A stretch of DNA of 64,000 bases from Squalus acanthias (Eukaryota). Location of the stretch: NCBI GenBank assembly GCA_030390025.1, contig CM059432.1, positions 51,400,001 through 51,464,000 on the forward strand, in the 5' to 3' direction. The translations under genes were made by a program, and so were the position numbers. This document shows, one piece after another, positions 60,664 through 64,000 of this stretch (position 1 is its first letter; each line of letters opens with the position of its first letter). A model generated the notes under the pieces. The model did no database searches, was not told where the DNA came from, and worked only from the letters and a program-made list of their open reading frames with translations.

Positions 60664-61840
60664 CCACTCAGACTGGAACTTTTGCACAATTTGTGTTGTG
60701 CTATGGGGTGCCTACTGGTTGATCGCGCACAAGCAATGAAATTTTGCGTTCTTAGTCCTCTGCCATAAGAAAAGCCCAAAGTAACCCTTCGATTCTTGAT
60801 GGATTATTCTCCAAGTAGTTTTAGTGAAATATAGAGCTGCAAGCTCAAACACACAAAGTCAGTGACAAAACAGAACCACAATATAGAACTAGGTACCCTA
60901 GGCTTGACATGAAGGAAAGATCTTTCAGTAGAGAGGAGGGGAGGGCACAAATCCTGTGTCTGAAGAGATCCACGCTGAATTATAATGCCCACTGCATGAT
61001 TTCCTGAAAAATGCCAGCAGGAGTTTTGGCTTCCCATTGTTCAGTCACATCTGTTTCTCCAGGCGATGCTGTACAGCGATGAATGCAAATTTGAAGACAG
61101 TTGTTATTAGTGAGGGAGAGAAGACAATGTATATTGAATAGGTTTGGACAGATGAAGGAGTGCATAACTAGACAGACTTTCATCCAACAGAACTTTATCA
61201 GTACTTAAACTGTGAGCTACTGCAGTGCTTTAACTAGAATATGCAGGGTAATGAAATAAGAGAATGTAATATAAAGACATATCAACACATATCATTTTAT
61301 TTTTATTACCGCATATCAGCAATATATCACTGTACATAAAAAGGAAGAGGGCATAGTTGAGTAGCAGCATGTCTCCTTGTTTGAAAGAAAAGTAGCAATG
61401 AGTCACACCTCATACGCAATAGAGGAATTGTGTTACGCCTTGGCATGATTACATTGGTGTTCACACATCATTCCACCAGCTCAATGAAGGAAAATGATTT
61501 TCAAGCTTTACATTTGCAAATAAAAACAGGGAATGACAGCATTTCATTCATACATGAATAGAATTTGTAAACACACATTTGCATTTACATTTATCAATTT
61601 GTCAATTCTTTTCTCTTTCACACACACACACAGGTTAGAGATGGAGAGGAATAAAAAAAACTATCACAAAGTTATGGATGCAATTTGGTGTGTTCACAGT
61701 AAAACAGTGAGTGATAACTTTCACCCACACTACTGACATTGTTTCTGGAGGTAAACACATGCGACTCATATTAATGTACTGACCCTGTGTTAAGGGTGCA
61801 GTTGCTTGCAAGAGCTTGTTAAGGAGCAGTTAAATAGTTT

Positions 61841-63535
61841 TCATAGAATCATAGAATGGTTACAGCACGGAAGATGGCCATTCGACCCATCGAGCCCGTG
61901 CCGGCTCTCGGCAAGAGCACTTCAGCTAGTCCCACTCCCCCACCCGTTCCCCAAAGCCCTGCAAATTTCTTTCCTTCAGGTACTTATCCAACTCCCTTTT
62001 GAAAGCCGTGATTGAATCTGCCTCCACCACCCTTTCAGGCAGTGCATTCCAGATCATAACCACTCGCTGCGTAAATTTTTTTTTTTCTTACGTCGCCTTT
62101 GGTTCTTTTGCCAATCACCTTAAATCTGTGCCCTCTGGTTCTCGACCCTTCTGTCAATGGGAACAGTTTCCCTCTATCTACTCTGTCCAGACACCTCATG
62201 ATTTTGAACAACTTCTATCAAATCTCCTCTCAATCTTCTCTGCTCTAAGGAGAACAACCCCAGTTTCTCCAGTCTATCTACATAACTGAGGTCCCTCGTT
62301 CCTGGAATCATTCTCGTAAATCTTTTCTGCACTCTCTCTAAGGCCTTCACATACTTCCTAAACTGTGGTGCCCAGAATTGGACACAGTACTCCAGTTGTG
62401 GCCGAACCAGTGTTTTATACAGGTTCATCATAATTTCCACACTTTTGTACTCTATACCTCTATTTATGAAGCCCAGGATTCCGTAAGCCTTTTTAACTGC
62501 TTTCTCAACCTGCCCTGCCACCTTCAACGATTTGTGCACACATACCCCTAGGTCTCTCTATTCGCGCACCCCCTTCAGGATTGTACCATTTAGTTAATAT
62601 GTCCTCTCCTCATTCTTTCTATCAAAATGTATCACTTCACACTTTTCTGCATTAAATTTAATCTGCCATGTGTCCACCCATGTCTTCCTGAAGTCTATCA
62701 CTCTCCTCCTCACTGTTCACTATACTTCCAAGTTTTGTGTCATCTGCAAATTTTGAAATTGTGCCCTGTACACCCATGTCCAAGTCATTAATATATATCA
62801 AGAAAAGCAGTGGTCCTAGAACCGACCCCTGGGGAACACCACTGTATACCGTCCTCCAGTCCGAAAAACAACTGTTCACCACTACTCTCTGTTTCCTATC
62901 ACTTAGCCAATTCCGTATCCATGCTGCCACTGTCCCTTTTATTCCATGGGCTTCAACTTTGCTGGCAAGCCTATTATGTGGCACTTTGTCGAACGCCTTT
63001 TGGAAATCCCCGTACACTACATCAACTGCATTACCCTCATCAACCCTCTCTGTTACCTCATCAGAGAACTCAAAGAACTTAAACATGATTTGGCTTTAAC
63101 AAATCCATGCTGGCTTTCCTTAATTAATCCACACTTGTCCAAGTGACTGTTAATTTTGTCCCTGATTACTGTTTCTAAAAGCATCCCCACTACCGAGGTC
63201 AAAGTGACTGGCCTGTAGTTGCTGGGTTTATCTTTACATCCTTTTTTGAACAAGGGTGTAACATTTGCAATTCTCCAGTCTTCTGGCACCACCCCCATAT
63301 CTAAGGAAGATTGGAATATTATGGCCAGTACCTCCGCGATTTCCTCCCTCAATTCCCTCAGTATCCTAGGATGCATCCCATCTGCTCCTGGTGATTTATC
63401 TACTTTAAGGACAGCCAGCCTTTCTAAAACCTCATCTTTATCAATTTTTATCCTATCAAGAATCTGCACTACCTCCTCCTTTACTATGTCTATCCTCTTC
63501 CTTGATGAAGACAGATGAAAAGTACTCATTTAGCA
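61841..63535 (-). mobile_element. CR1 LINE, 5'-truncated (same subfamily as 58663-59828)
   Basis: ORFs 63053..63529, 62658..63086 and 62174..62539; tail tcatagaatcatagaat. Confidence 0.96.
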
Positions 63536-63546
63536 CCGACATGACA

Positions 63547-64000
63547 ACATAAGAAATCAGAGCAGGAGTAGGTTATTCAGCCCCTCGAGCCTGCTCTGCC
63601 ATTCAATAAGATCATGGCTGATCTGATCTTGGACTCAACTCTGCTTTCCTGCCCGTTCCCCATAACCCTTGATTCCCCTGTTTTTCAAAAGTCTGTCTAT
63701 CTCCGTCTTGAATATATTCAATGACGCAGCCTCCACAGCTCTCTGGGGCAGAGAATTCCAAAGATTCACGACCCTCTGAGAGAAGAAACTCCTCCTCATC
63801 TCTGTTTTAAATGGGCGACCCCTTATTCTGAAACTATGCCCCCTAGTTCTAGATTCCCCCATGAGGGGAAACATCCTCCCTGCATCTACCCTGTCAAGCC
63901 CCATCAGAATCTTATTTGTTTCAATAAGATCACTTCTCATTCTTCTAAACTCCAATGAGTATAGGCCCAACCTGCTCAACCTTTCCCCATAAGAGAACCC
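63547..64000 (-). mobile_element. CR1 LINE 3' end, continues beyond the window
   Basis: ORF 63635..63979 (RLGLYSLEFRRMRSDLIE..FFSQRVVNLWNSLP); tail cataagaa. Confidence 0.95.

Overview
Eukaryotic, repeat-dominated DNA from a cartilaginous fish (HE1-type V-SINE, SacSINE1/DeuSINE-type SINE and HER1/CR1-type LINEs point to a shark or ray). It is probably intronic or intergenic: I cannot support any host protein-coding exon, and nearly every ORF in the track is a transposon fragment or an antisense/low-complexity frame. The retroelements are many decayed CR1 copies (one near full-length at about 40.1-44.2 kb, with zinc-finger/esterase ORF1 and APE-RT ORF2), L2 copies, a second CR1-group LINE family, an RTE fragment, two Penelope fragments and three SINE families. 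The most notable content is a dense set of PIF/Harbinger DNA transposons. One is a structurally complete but mutated 4.0 kb two-gene element (44211-48236) with TIRs, a 3-bp TSD, a spliced Myb/SANT gene converging on a DDE transposase, and arrayed GGCGCTA subterminal motifs. There is also a second, heavily interrupted two-gene copy, three Myb-only derivatives (one a foldback with about 310-bp inverted arms) and several MITEs. Other points of interest: repeated Harbinger insertion into CR1 3' tail repeats, a 169-bp target duplication around the RTE insertion, a minimal hammerhead ribozyme in a Penelope end, a hAT MITE with an 8-bp TSD, and SINE/LINE tail partnerships. These systems belong to known superfamilies. 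The particular families and behaviours may be undescribed, but I cannot confirm that without database searches. Boundaries of old repeats are approximate.
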